Assembly: GCA_965248355.1 (NCBI GenBank)
Contig: OZ252098.1
Location: forward strand, 3,552,001 to 3,616,000
Length of the DNA: 64,000 bases
Direction of reading: 5' to 3'
Origin: Candidatus Latescibacterota bacterium
GTDB taxonomy: Bacteria; Latescibacterota; UBA2968; UBA8231
Numbering within the stretch: the stretch's first letter is position 1; the number at the start of each line of letters is the position of its first letter. Of the stretch, positions 1 to 10,427 are shown in pieces. Both the position numbers and the translations under genes were made by a program. Under the pieces are notes generated by a model. That model saw only the letters and a list, made by a program, of their open reading frames with translations. It was not told where the DNA came from and did no database searches.

Positions 1-21
1 CCGGCAGGCCCGCAGCCCGGC

Positions 22-978
22 TCAGCCCGGGCCACCGGTCTCCCCCCCGCCCAGGCGCTCTCCGGGGCACAGTGGATAGCCCCGGGCAAAGGCCTGTCCC
101 GACATCCGCGGCCGGCCGGCCGGCTGCACCTCGGTCAGACGCAGGGAGCCGTCAGCGCAGGCCACGACCACGCCGTCCTCCGAGCTGCAGCGGAGCACCT
201 GGCCCGGCGGCGCCCCGCCCGGGGCCGGCTCCGCCGACTCGACGCGATGCACCTTGAGCACGCCCCCGGCCCACTCGGTGAAGGCCCCCGGCACCGGGTT
301 GGCGCCGCGCACCCGGTTGCGCACACGCAGAGCCGGCCACCCCCAGTCGAGGCGGCCGTCCTCGCGGGTCAGCCGGGGAGCTCTCGACACTCCCTCTCCC
401 GCCTGGGGCCGCGGCTGCAGGCGGCCTTCCTCCATCCCGTCGAGGGACTGGACCAGCAGCCGGGCGCCTTCGACGGCCAGCCGCGCTTCGAGCTCGCCGC
501 CGGTCTCGACCTCGCCGATGGCCACCCTCTCCTGCAGCAGGATGTCGCCGGCATCGACGCGCCGGTTCAGCAGGAAGGTGGTGACGCCGGTCTCGGTACA
601 GCCGTCGAAGAGGGCCCAGACGATGGGCGCGGCCCCCCGGTAGGCGGGCAGCAGGGACGGGTGCACGTTGACCGAGCCCAGCCGGGGCACGCGGAGCAGC
701 CGGTCCGGAAGGATGGAGTAGGCGACCACGGCCAGGACGTCCGGGGCGAGGGCTCTCAACTCTTCGGCCAGTTTCGCGTCACGGGGGGAAGCCGGCTGCA
801 TGACCGCGAGGCCGAGATCGATGGCCGCGGTCTTGACCGGAGGGGGCCGGATCCGGCGCCCTCGGCCGGCGGCGCGATCGGGATTGGTGACCACGGCGGC
901 CACCTCGTGGCGGCTGGCGGCCAGCCGCCGCAGGGAGGGAACCGCGAAGTCGGGATTGCCGAGGAAAACGACCTTCAG
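22..978 (-). CDS. fmt: methionyl-tRNA formyltransferase
   Basis: LKVVFLGNPDFA N-terminus, VVTNPDR, NVHPSLLPAYRGAAPI, GVTTF, DAGDIL motifs. Start placed at CTG 978 overlapping the yajC stop; the longer ORF in the track is read-through of yajC. Confidence 0.93.
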   Translation of the reverse strand: MKVVFLGNPDFAVPSLRRLAASRHEVAAVVTNPDRAAGRGRRIRPPPVKTAAIDLGLAVMQPASPRDAKLAEELRALAPDVLAVVAYSILPDRLLRVPRLGSVNVHPSLLPAYRGAAPIVWALFDGCTETGVTTFLLNRRVDAGDILLQERVAIGEVETGGELEARLAVEGARLLVQSLDGMEEGRLQPRPQAGEGVSRAPRLTREDGRLDWGWPALRVRNRVRGANPVPGAFTEWAGGVLKVHRVESAEPAPGGAPPGQVLRCSSEDGVVVACADGSLRLTEVQPAGRPRMSGQAFARGYPLCPGERLGGGETGGPG

Positions 979-1313
979 GACTTGGACTCGCCCTCGTCGC
1001 GCACGCGCGACACGGCGGAGCGGGACATCTCCACGCGGACATTCTCGGCGATCTTCACCGCGATGACCTCGTCCTTCAGGCTGAGTATCACGCCGTGGAG
1101 GCCGCCGCTGGTGACGATCTTGTCCCCTTTTTTCAACTCGGAGATCATCTTCTGCTGCGCCTTCTGCTTCTTGATCTGCGGCCTCAGGATCAGGAAGTAG
1201 AGGACCACGAACATCAGCACGTAGGGGAGAATGACCAGAGGCGTGCCGCCTTGGCCTTCGCCGCCGCCGCCCATGGCGTGGGCGGGCTCCGCAAGGAGGA
1301 AGAGCAGGGTCAC
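975..1313 (-). CDS. yajC: preprotein translocase subunit YajC
   Basis: TM helix then YFLILRPQ..QK, LKKGDKIVTSGGLHG; classic tgt-yajC synteny. Confidence 0.95.
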   Translation of the reverse strand: MTLLFLLAEPAHAMGGGGEGQGGTPLVILPYVLMFVVLYFLILRPQIKKQKAQQKMISELKKGDKIVTSGGLHGVILSLKDEVIAVKIAENVRVEMSRSAVSRVRDEGESKS

Positions 1314-1358
1314 TTCGGGCCTTTCGTGAGGGAGGACTCTTGAGGAAAATAGACCGTC

Positions 1359-3398
<2,040 letters not shown>

Positions 3399-4055
3399 CT
3401 AGGAGCGGGCTCCCCCGTAGGCTGCCTTGATCGAGGACCAGGTCGTTCCGCCGGCCGGCTTGGGGCTCTCGTTCTCGCCGCAGTCCGTGGAGAGGGGATC
3501 GTCCAGCCAGCGCACGATTCGCCAGAGGTCGTCGTCGCCGCGGCGCATCTTGAAGGTCATCACCTGGTCGACCGCGAAGCCAACGTCCGGCTGCTCGAGC
3601 AGCCGGATCACCACCCGACCCCGGAAGACCTCCCAGTCCTCGTCGGGGTGCCCGTCCGGATCGTCCTCGTGGCTCTTTGGATGATCGCGGCCCAGCTCGG
3701 TGGAGCGCCGGGACTGGTGGAAGGTCCACTCGATGGTGCGGTAGATGTCGAAGATCCCCTGGGACGAGCCGTCCCGCGGGCCCATGATCCGCAGCTCCTC
3801 CTCCTTGCCGTAGGCGAACTCCAGATCTCCCCTGCAGTCGATCTCGGTGAACCAGAAGCCATCGTCGAGGAGGGTCTCGTAGAGATCCTTGTCGCGTTCG
3901 TTGAAGGCTCTCTCCAGGTTCGACATCACCACCTGGGCGGTGGTCGCCTCGGGCGCCGGCGGCTCTTTGTCCCCCGGTCTCACAGGCGGCGCGAAGGGGT
4001 TGTCGCAGCCGGCCAGGAGAATCCCGGTCAGGGCGATCACGAGTCGGGGTGCCAT
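3399..4055 (-). CDS. lipoprotein, probable NTF2/SnoaL-like fold, with C-terminal TTWSSIK tail
   Basis: Lipobox LLAGC followed by DNPFAP; RBS AGGAG upstream; similar to the neighbouring gene. Confidence 0.7.
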   Translation of the reverse strand: MAPRLVIALTGILLAGCDNPFAPPVRPGDKEPPAPEATTAQVVMSNLERAFNERDKDLYETLLDDGFWFTEIDCRGDLEFAYGKEEELRIMGPRDGSSQGIFDIYRTIEWTFHQSRRSTELGRDHPKSHEDDPDGHPDEDWEVFRGRVVIRLLEQPDVGFAVDQVMTFKMRRGDDDLWRIVRWLDDPLSTDCGENESPKPAGGTTWSSIKAAYGGARS

Positions 4056-4071
4056 GGGTCTCCTCCTCTTC

Positions 4072-4833
4072 CTACTGGGCGAACTCGCCGCGCAACTCGG
4101 TGAAGGTGCGCTCCGAGGACGGCTCGCGGAAGTCCTGCCAGCGACGGATGGACCATTCGGGGTTCTCGTCGCTCTTCGTCGCCAGGTCGATCTGCATGCG
4201 GCCCCGCACCTCGAAGACGCGCGCCACCTGCTCCTCGCCCGGCTGGGTGGTGAAGTCGATGATGTACGGGAAAATATACGTCTCCTCTTGGGAATCGTCC
4301 GGGTCCAGCCTCTGCTCGTCGCGGTTGGCATCGTACCAGCGGCTGATTCTGATACGCTGGAAGTTCTTGCGGTCGAGGAGGTTGAAGGCGAAGCGGCGCT
4401 CCTCCTCGCGGGTCCACAAGGTGTCCGTATCCGGAGGATCGGGATCGTACCCCGAGGGCAGGTCGTAGACCTCCCTGTAGAGTTCCAGGCCGGCGAGTTC
4501 CGGCGCGAAGAGGAAGTCCTCCGAAAGCTGATCCACGTACTGGAGCGGACTGAAGCCCTCGAAGGCTTGGCGCAGGTTGAGGACGACGGCCACCGACGTC
4601 GTCGGCTCCCGGAGGAACAACCGGTCGCCGCTCGGGCACTCCGGAAGACGCGTCGAGAATGGACTCGATGGATCCGCGGCGGCCTCGTCGCCGGCGTCGT
4701 TGCAGCGGGGGAAGGCGGTCAGATCCGTGTCCTCCGCGCAGAGGCACTCCACCTCGGCGCCCTCCTCGAGGCTGCAGGCGGCCAGGACCCACACGGACCC
4801 GAGCACCAGGAGGAACCGTATGCCGCAGCTCAT
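4072..4833 (-). CDS. lipoprotein, paralog of 3399..4055
   Basis: Lipobox VLAAC; shares a TT..VV.NL..AF......Y...L...F.F segment and a W.I.RW.D end with its neighbour; ATGA overlap with the upstream gene. Confidence 0.7.
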   Translation of the reverse strand: MSCGIRFLLVLGSVWVLAACSLEEGAEVECLCAEDTDLTAFPRCNDAGDEAAADPSSPFSTRLPECPSGDRLFLREPTTSVAVVLNLRQAFEGFSPLQYVDQLSEDFLFAPELAGLELYREVYDLPSGYDPDPPDTDTLWTREEERRFAFNLLDRKNFQRIRISRWYDANRDEQRLDPDDSQEETYIFPYIIDFTTQPGEEQVARVFEVRGRMQIDLATKSDENPEWSIRRWQDFREPSSERTFTELRGEFAQ

Positions 4834-5876
4834 CCCGGCAACTCGGACAGCGGCACCAGGGTGAAGCACAGGGCCAGAAGGATGAAGCACAGGATCCCTA
4901 TCATCCGCCGGCGCCTGTCGAGGGGGAGGCCGGGGTGGTACGGAGGCGGGTGCCGGCGGCCGACGAGGGCCAGCAGCAGGGCGATCAGCAGCCACCCGGG
5001 CCAGCCCCTGGGCAGGTCCCAGACGACCGACATCACTCCGTAGACGCCCATGGCCAGCAGGGTGGCGAAGCACAGCCGGCTCAGGCCGCGGTGACGGTCT
5101 CCGAGCAGGGCGTAGGCGATGTGTCCCCCGTCGAGCTGGCCCACGGGCAGCAGGTTGAAGGCGGTGATCACGAGGCCCACCCAGCCGGCGAAGGCGACCG
5201 GGCTGAGGAGGACGATCCGGTCGTCGCCGGCGGCCGGCAGCAGCCAGGCCGAGAGCCCCTCGAAGAGCAGCGGCGAGCCCAGCTGCAGAACGCCGGGGCG
5301 CAGATTCCCCGGCAGCTCGAGGAAGTAGCCGGGCTCCACGACCCGGGACATGGGCAGCCCCACGAGGCAGGCGGCGACGGCGACCACGAGACCCGCCAGG
5401 GGCCCGGAGGCGCCGATGTCGAGGAGGGCGCGCTTGTGCGGGATCGGCGAGCGGATTCGGATCACGGCGCCGAGCGTCCCCAGGGGAGACAGGTACGGCA
5501 GGGGGATGAAATAGGGCAGGGAGGCCTTCACGCCCCAGCGCCGGGCGGCGAAGTAGTGCCCGAACTCGTGCACGGTGAGAATGCCGAGGAGGGTTGCCGC
5601 GAAGGGCCAGCCCTCCACGAGGTGAACGAGCTGGTCGAGCTCCGTCAACGGATCGACACCCTGCTGCATGGCGCCGGCGACCATCATGGAGAACAAGGTC
5701 AGCAGGAACAGCAGCACGTGAGTGGAGGGCCGGTGAGAGGTCGGGGACGGTCGTCGCCTCTCCTCGGGCCAGACCGCACCGGCCCCATGGCCGGGGAAGT
5801 ACCGGGACGTTCCGTGCCAGTCCGGGGAGCGCTCCGGCCGGGGGGGCGGGGTCGGCTCCCTCCGCCACCACCTCAT
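4830..5876 (-). CDS. site-2 protease, peptidase M50 family
   Basis: HEFGH zinc motif, GPLAG, NLLPVGQLDGGH, multiple TM helices. Confidence 0.92.
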   Translation of the reverse strand: MRWWRREPTPPPRPERSPDWHGTSRYFPGHGAGAVWPEERRRPSPTSHRPSTHVLLFLLTLFSMMVAGAMQQGVDPLTELDQLVHLVEGWPFAATLLGILTVHEFGHYFAARRWGVKASLPYFIPLPYLSPLGTLGAVIRIRSPIPHKRALLDIGASGPLAGLVVAVAACLVGLPMSRVVEPGYFLELPGNLRPGVLQLGSPLLFEGLSAWLLPAAGDDRIVLLSPVAFAGWVGLVITAFNLLPVGQLDGGHIAYALLGDRHRGLSRLCFATLLAMGVYGVMSVVWDLPRGWPGWLLIALLLALVGRRHPPPYHPGLPLDRRRRMIGILCFILLALCFTLVPLSELPG

Positions 5877-5878
5877 CC

Positions 5879-6796
5879 TCAGGACCCCCTCCTGACCAGG
5901 CTCACCCGGTGGGCCTCCCCGAGTCCGTCCCCGAAGGGCAGGAAGGCGTAGTCCAGCCGCCAGAGGCGGGCCGACAGGCCCACCCCGAAGGCCAGGTTCC
6001 CCGTGCCGGCGGTGCCGTATCCGGTGCGCACCACCAGGCGCGGCGACAGGCTCCACTCGGCTCCCAGGTGCAGACTCGCGTCGGCGTCGCGGCTGGTCCC
6101 GATGTCGGCGGCGGCGGTCAGGGGCCCCCGCGCCAGGGCCGCGCCAACGCGGGCCTGCAGAGGCAGCTCCGTCGCCTCCCGGTCCAGCTCGTTCATCCGG
6201 CCCAGATTGCGCAACGCCGCCCCGAACGACCACGGACCCCTCCCGTACAGCAGACCCAGATCGACGGCCAGGCCCGAGGCGGCCTCGACGTCGATGGACT
6301 GGCGCACGAGCTTGCCGCCGATGCCCAGCCGCAGGCGCTCGCCCCACGGCCGGGACCAGGCGGCCCCCGCCGTCCACTCGTAGAGGCCGAACTCTCCGAG
6401 AGGCTCCCGGGTCGGGCCCAGGCGCCGCTCCAGGCCCCCTGCATGGGCCATGCGCACGTCGAGGGCCAGCACGTCGCCCGCGGCTCTCGGCCACAAGGCC
6501 GCGGCCTGCTCGTGGCGCATGCCTCCGATCCACTCGGTGTGGCTCAGCACCGCCGACCGCACCGGCGCCAGGGCCGCGGGGTTGAGGCTGGCCGCCGCCG
6601 GATCGGAGAGGGCCGTCGCCGCTCCCCCGAGAGCCGCGGCCCGGGCCCCGGCGCCCTGGCGGAGGAATCCCAGGCCGCTGTCGGCGTCGATGCCCCCGGG
6701 CAGCCAGCAGGCGCAGGCCGCGATCAGGACCGCCCGGCCGCCCCGGGCCGGAAGGGGCTCCGGCCTGGGAAGACGTCTCGCCGGCGAAGGCTTCAA
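5879..6796 (-). CDS. PorV/PorQ-family outer-membrane beta-barrel
   Basis: FL..GAGARAAALGGA..A......NPA.LA signature, DYAF.P...LG..HRVSL end; TTG start overlaps the upstream stop. Confidence 0.82.
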   Translation of the reverse strand: MKPSPARRLPRPEPLPARGGRAVLIAACACWLPGGIDADSGLGFLRQGAGARAAALGGAATALSDPAAASLNPAALAPVRSAVLSHTEWIGGMRHEQAAALWPRAAGDVLALDVRMAHAGGLERRLGPTREPLGEFGLYEWTAGAAWSRPWGERLRLGIGGKLVRQSIDVEAASGLAVDLGLLYGRGPWSFGAALRNLGRMNELDREATELPLQARVGAALARGPLTAAADIGTSRDADASLHLGAEWSLSPRLVVRTGYGTAGTGNLAFGVGLSARLWRLDYAFLPFGDGLGEAHRVSLVRRGS

Positions 6797-7755
6797 GGCA
6801 GTTGACCCACGAGGGTGAGCACGGTCCGGGCGCCGGCGCCGATCTCGTCCGCCACGTACGCGTAGTGGACCTGGAAGGCCTCGATGCGCATGGGCCGGAC
6901 GGTGGCGCCGAAGGCGGGCCGCCCCAGGCCGCCGCCCTCGCCGGCGCGGTGCAGTCCGCCGCGCAGGGTGAGCAGATCGCTCACCCGCCATTCGAGACCG
7001 AGGTGGCCGCGCAACTCCCGGCCTCCCGCCGGATCGAGGATCTCGGCATCCACGGCGGCCGTCGACCCGGGGCGGAAGGTGTGCGACACCCCGACGAGGA
7101 GAGCCGATCGCAGGGCCTCCTCGGAGACGCTGGTCTGATCGGAGGGTTGCTTCACCGTCCAGGAGAGCTTGTCCAGCAGGTTTCTCGCGGTCGCGCCCAG
7201 GGCCGTCCGGGAGGACAGCCGCCAGCGAAGGCCGAGGTCGACGCCGCGGCCGCTGGCGGTCGAGGTACCGCTCCCCGGCACCTCGATGCGATGTCTGAGG
7301 ATCTTCAGGCTCGCACCGAGCTGCAGCGGCGCGAGGGGGCGCAGTCCGAGGCCGAAGATCACCGCGTCTTCGGCGTTGTCCAGGTCCCCGGCGATGACCT
7401 CCCCGGAACCGCTGCGCGCCTGCAGCCCGCCGACCCCGGCGTGCAGCCACGCCAGGCCGAAGGCCAGGCCGCCGCGCGGATTCATGGCGGCCGCAAGTCC
7501 GGACCGGGTGCGATCCAGGGACATGGGCTGGTACGAGGCCAGCATCCCCTTGCCGGTCGAGGTGGCCAGTCCCGCGGGGTTGTAGAGCACGGCCGCGGGC
7601 CCCTCGGCGGCCGCCGCCTGGGCGCCGCCCAAGCCGAGGGCGCGGGCCCCGAGGCCGGTGTCGAGGAAGGCGCCCCCGAGGCGCCCGGCGCCGGCCGGGG
7701 CCGCCGCCAGGCACAGGATCAGAACCCCGAGAGGAAAGCGGGAGCCGCGCGGCAT
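6793..7755 (-). CDS. PorV/PorQ-family outer-membrane beta-barrel (second copy)
   Basis: Signal peptide, then AFLDTGLGARALGLGGA...YNPAGLA; alternating beta-strand pattern. Confidence 0.82.
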   Translation of the reverse strand: MPRGSRFPLGVLILCLAAAPAGAGRLGGAFLDTGLGARALGLGGAQAAAAEGPAAVLYNPAGLATSTGKGMLASYQPMSLDRTRSGLAAAMNPRGGLAFGLAWLHAGVGGLQARSGSGEVIAGDLDNAEDAVIFGLGLRPLAPLQLGASLKILRHRIEVPGSGTSTASGRGVDLGLRWRLSSRTALGATARNLLDKLSWTVKQPSDQTSVSEEALRSALLVGVSHTFRPGSTAAVDAEILDPAGGRELRGHLGLEWRVSDLLTLRGGLHRAGEGGGLGRPAFGATVRPMRIEAFQVHYAYVADEIGAGARTVLTLVGQLP

Positions 7756-9440
7756 CAGTCCAGGACCACCACGTTGCCGAAGGCCCGGCTGCCGGCCCCG
7801 GTCTCGACTCGAAAGAAGTAGACCCCGTTGGCCACCGGGTCGCCGTCGTCGTCGCGGCCGTCCCACGACTCCCGGTGGTGACGCCCGCCGGGGCGGGGTT
7901 CGCCGTCGACGAGGGTGCGCACCTTGCGGCTGGAGAAATCGAAGATGTCGACGCTCACCCGGTCCTCCTCGGCCAGGCTGTAGACCACCGTGCACCTCTG
8001 CCCGCGGGACGGGGCGAAGGGGTTCGGGGCGGCGTAGGTCCTGGCCCCTCCGGCGTCCACCAGACCGCCCTCTCCGATCACCTCCCCGGAGTCCACGGAG
8101 CGCGTGCGCACCGGGAAGCTGAGTATCGTCCAGGTCCGGCCGCCGTCGAGGGAGCGGCCCAGACCGTTGTCGGCGCCGGCCCAGAGGGCGACCCTCCCGT
8201 CGGGGAGGGCGAAGCGCTCGACGCCGACGAAAGGGGCCAGCAGAAGCTCCTGGTTGAGGAAGTCCTCCACCGGCACCTCCACCCAGCTCTCCCCGTGGTC
8301 GGGGCTCAGGAGCAGGCCCTCGTCGGTACCCGCCCAGACCGAGTCGGCGGCGAAGGCGAAGTCCCAGGCGAAGGTGGGCCCGGAGAAGGCCCAGGTGGCG
8401 CCGTCGTCCTCGGTGCGGTTGATGGCCCTGAGCTGTCCGGGGCCCTGGGTGACGTCGGCACCCACCCAGACGACGGAGCTCCCGTCGGGCCGGATCTCGC
8501 GCTCCACCGCCAGGCCCCAGTTGCCGGAGAGGTTGTCCGGGAGGGGTTCGCCGGAGGCGTCCAGCCGGGGCCGGTGGACCGTCCAGGTGCGGCCGAAGTC
8601 GAAGCTGGAGGCCACGCCGTAGGCGGTGCCGATCCACACGGTGTCGCCGTAGGCCGCGACGGAGAAGGTGCGGTGGAGCCGCGCCAGGGCGCCGACGCTG
8701 TCGGCTTCGGCCTGGGCCCTGGCGACCGCGTCCTCGGGAGCACCGGCCTCTCTCAGGCTGTCGAGGCGAACCCGGAAGCGGGTGTTGTTGTAGACGATGC
8801 TGTCCTGCCCGCCCGGGAGCACCCGCTCCCAGGTGCGGCCGAAGTCGGTGGAACGCACCGAGGCGCCCGCAAAGAAGGTGGCCCAGACGGTGTCGCCCTC
8901 GACGGCCAGGCCGAAGCAGGCGTTCTGGATCGGTGTCCGCGGGCCCCGCTCGAATCCGGGGCGCAGGGTGTCGAAGAGGGCCTCGTTCGAGATCCGCTGC
9001 CACCTGGCTCCGCCGTCCGTGGACCAGGACAGGCCGCTGCCAGTCTGCTGGCGCACCCCGCCGGCCAGCACGGAATCGAAGAGGGTGGCCGCCCACACCG
9101 TGTCTCCGTGCGCGGCCAGGGCGCTCACGGGGCCCCGGCCGAGGCCGTGCTCCTCCGTGAAGGTGACCCAGTGCCCGGCCTCGAGCCCGTCCCCCCGGGC
9201 CGGGTCCAGGCGTGCCAGGCCGCTCTCCGTGGCCACCCACAGGTAGCTCCCGCTCCAGACGACGTCGGTGATGCTGTTGCCGAGCATGCCCGTCGACGGG
9301 GGTGGCTCGGCCTCCTGAAGAAAGCCTGCGGGAACGCCGCCGTGGCCGGGCGTCGAGGCCAAGGCCAGGGCGCACAGGCACGGGAGCGTGGTGGATCGGA
9401 GAAGGCGGACGGGTGAAGGCCCCGGGCGGGCGTCAGGCAT
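7755..9440 (-). CDS. exported Asp-box beta-propeller protein with C-terminal FlgD-Ig / T9SS-like sorting domain
   Basis: Signal peptide; six Asp-box repeats (STDGGARW, STDFGRTW, SFDFGRTW, TEDDGATW, SPDHGESW, SLDGGRTW); C-terminal PNPF...WDGRDDDG.PVANGVYFFRV. Confidence 0.82.
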   Translation of the reverse strand: MPDARPGPSPVRLLRSTTLPCLCALALASTPGHGGVPAGFLQEAEPPPSTGMLGNSITDVVWSGSYLWVATESGLARLDPARGDGLEAGHWVTFTEEHGLGRGPVSALAAHGDTVWAATLFDSVLAGGVRQQTGSGLSWSTDGGARWQRISNEALFDTLRPGFERGPRTPIQNACFGLAVEGDTVWATFFAGASVRSTDFGRTWERVLPGGQDSIVYNNTRFRVRLDSLREAGAPEDAVARAQAEADSVGALARLHRTFSVAAYGDTVWIGTAYGVASSFDFGRTWTVHRPRLDASGEPLPDNLSGNWGLAVEREIRPDGSSVVWVGADVTQGPGQLRAINRTEDDGATWAFSGPTFAWDFAFAADSVWAGTDEGLLLSPDHGESWVEVPVEDFLNQELLLAPFVGVERFALPDGRVALWAGADNGLGRSLDGGRTWTILSFPVRTRSVDSGEVIGEGGLVDAGGARTYAAPNPFAPSRGQRCTVVYSLAEEDRVSVDIFDFSSRKVRTLVDGEPRPGGRHHRESWDGRDDDGDPVANGVYFFRVETGAGSRAFGNVVVLD

Positions 9441-10263
9441 AGGTGGCGGAGCGTTCGTTCAGCGCGTCCACGGCCTCGCAGCCGATGCCGCAGTCGCCGA
9501 TCCGCGGCCCCTTCGGTTCGCCGTGGCTGTCGGAACCTCCGGACATGAGCAGGCCGTAGCGCCTGGCGATGTCCCGGTAGTGCTCGATCTGGGGCGGCTG
9601 GTGGGAGGGGTGGTAGACCTCGACGCCATCGAGGCCGGTATCGACCAGCTCGGCGATCACGGTCTCCGGCACCGCCAGGCCGGGATGGGCGAGAACGATG
9701 ACGCCGCCGAGCTCGTGAACGAGGCCGATCACCTCGGCGGCCGGGCTGCGCGGCTTCGGCACGTCTGCGGGGCGGCGGTCACCGATGAAGCGCTGGAAGG
9801 CCTCCTCCTTCGTCGGCACCGCCCCGCTGGCGACAATCGCCGCGGCGATGTGGGGGCGTCCCAGCGGCCCGCCGGCGGCCCTCAGCAGCACCTCCTCGAA
9901 GGTGACCTCCACCCCGAGCTGGTTGAGACGCCGGACGATGGCCTCCCCGCGGTCCAGGCGGCGCTGGTGGAGGAGCTCGACGTAGGAGCCCAGGCGTTCG
10001 TCGCGGTAGTCGATGAAATAGGCCAGCAGGTGCAGCTCGCGGTCGTTGACGTGGGCGCTGAGCTCCGTTCCCGGAACGATCTGCACCCCGAGTTCCCGGC
10101 CGGCCGCAGCGGCCTCCGCGATCCCCTCGACGGTGTCGTGGTCGGTCAGACTCAGCACCCGGACCCCGGAGGCGGCCGCCTCCTCCACCACTTTGCGGGG
10201 TGAGCGCAGCCCATCGGAGCAGGTCGAATGGGTGTGCAGGTCGGCGAGATTGTACTGGACCAC
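9433..10263 (-). CDS. PHP-domain metal-dependent phosphoesterase (TrpH/YciV-like)
   Basis: DLHTHSTCSDG, LTDHDT, HLLAY, GRPHIA, LAHP, GGSDSHG. Confidence 0.92.
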   Translation of the reverse strand: MVQYNLADLHTHSTCSDGLRSPRKVVEEAAASGVRVLSLTDHDTVEGIAEAAAAGRELGVQIVPGTELSAHVNDRELHLLAYFIDYRDERLGSYVELLHQRRLDRGEAIVRRLNQLGVEVTFEEVLLRAAGGPLGRPHIAAAIVASGAVPTKEEAFQRFIGDRRPADVPKPRSPAAEVIGLVHELGGVIVLAHPGLAVPETVIAELVDTGLDGVEVYHPSHQPPQIEHYRDIARRYGLLMSGGSDSHGEPKGPRIGDCGIGCEAVDALNERSATYA

Positions 10264-10427
10264 GAGGGCATCCTCGCATGAATTCAGGCGGGCGGGAGGG
10301 GCCGGGGATCCTCGCGCGGGCGAGCAGAGGAAGATAGCGTCCCGGCTGGTCGCGCGCGCGGGGCGCCCACTCCGTCACGGACTGCCCCGGGGCCGGACGG
10401 TTCCCCGTTCCTGGAACCCGCGCCCGC

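Noticed and set aside
8140..9030. Recurring short nucleotide repeats such as CCAGGTGCGGCCGAAGTCG, considered as CRISPR or DNA repeats
   Set aside because: They encode Asp-box protein repeats, with irregular spacing inside an ORF; no cas genes.
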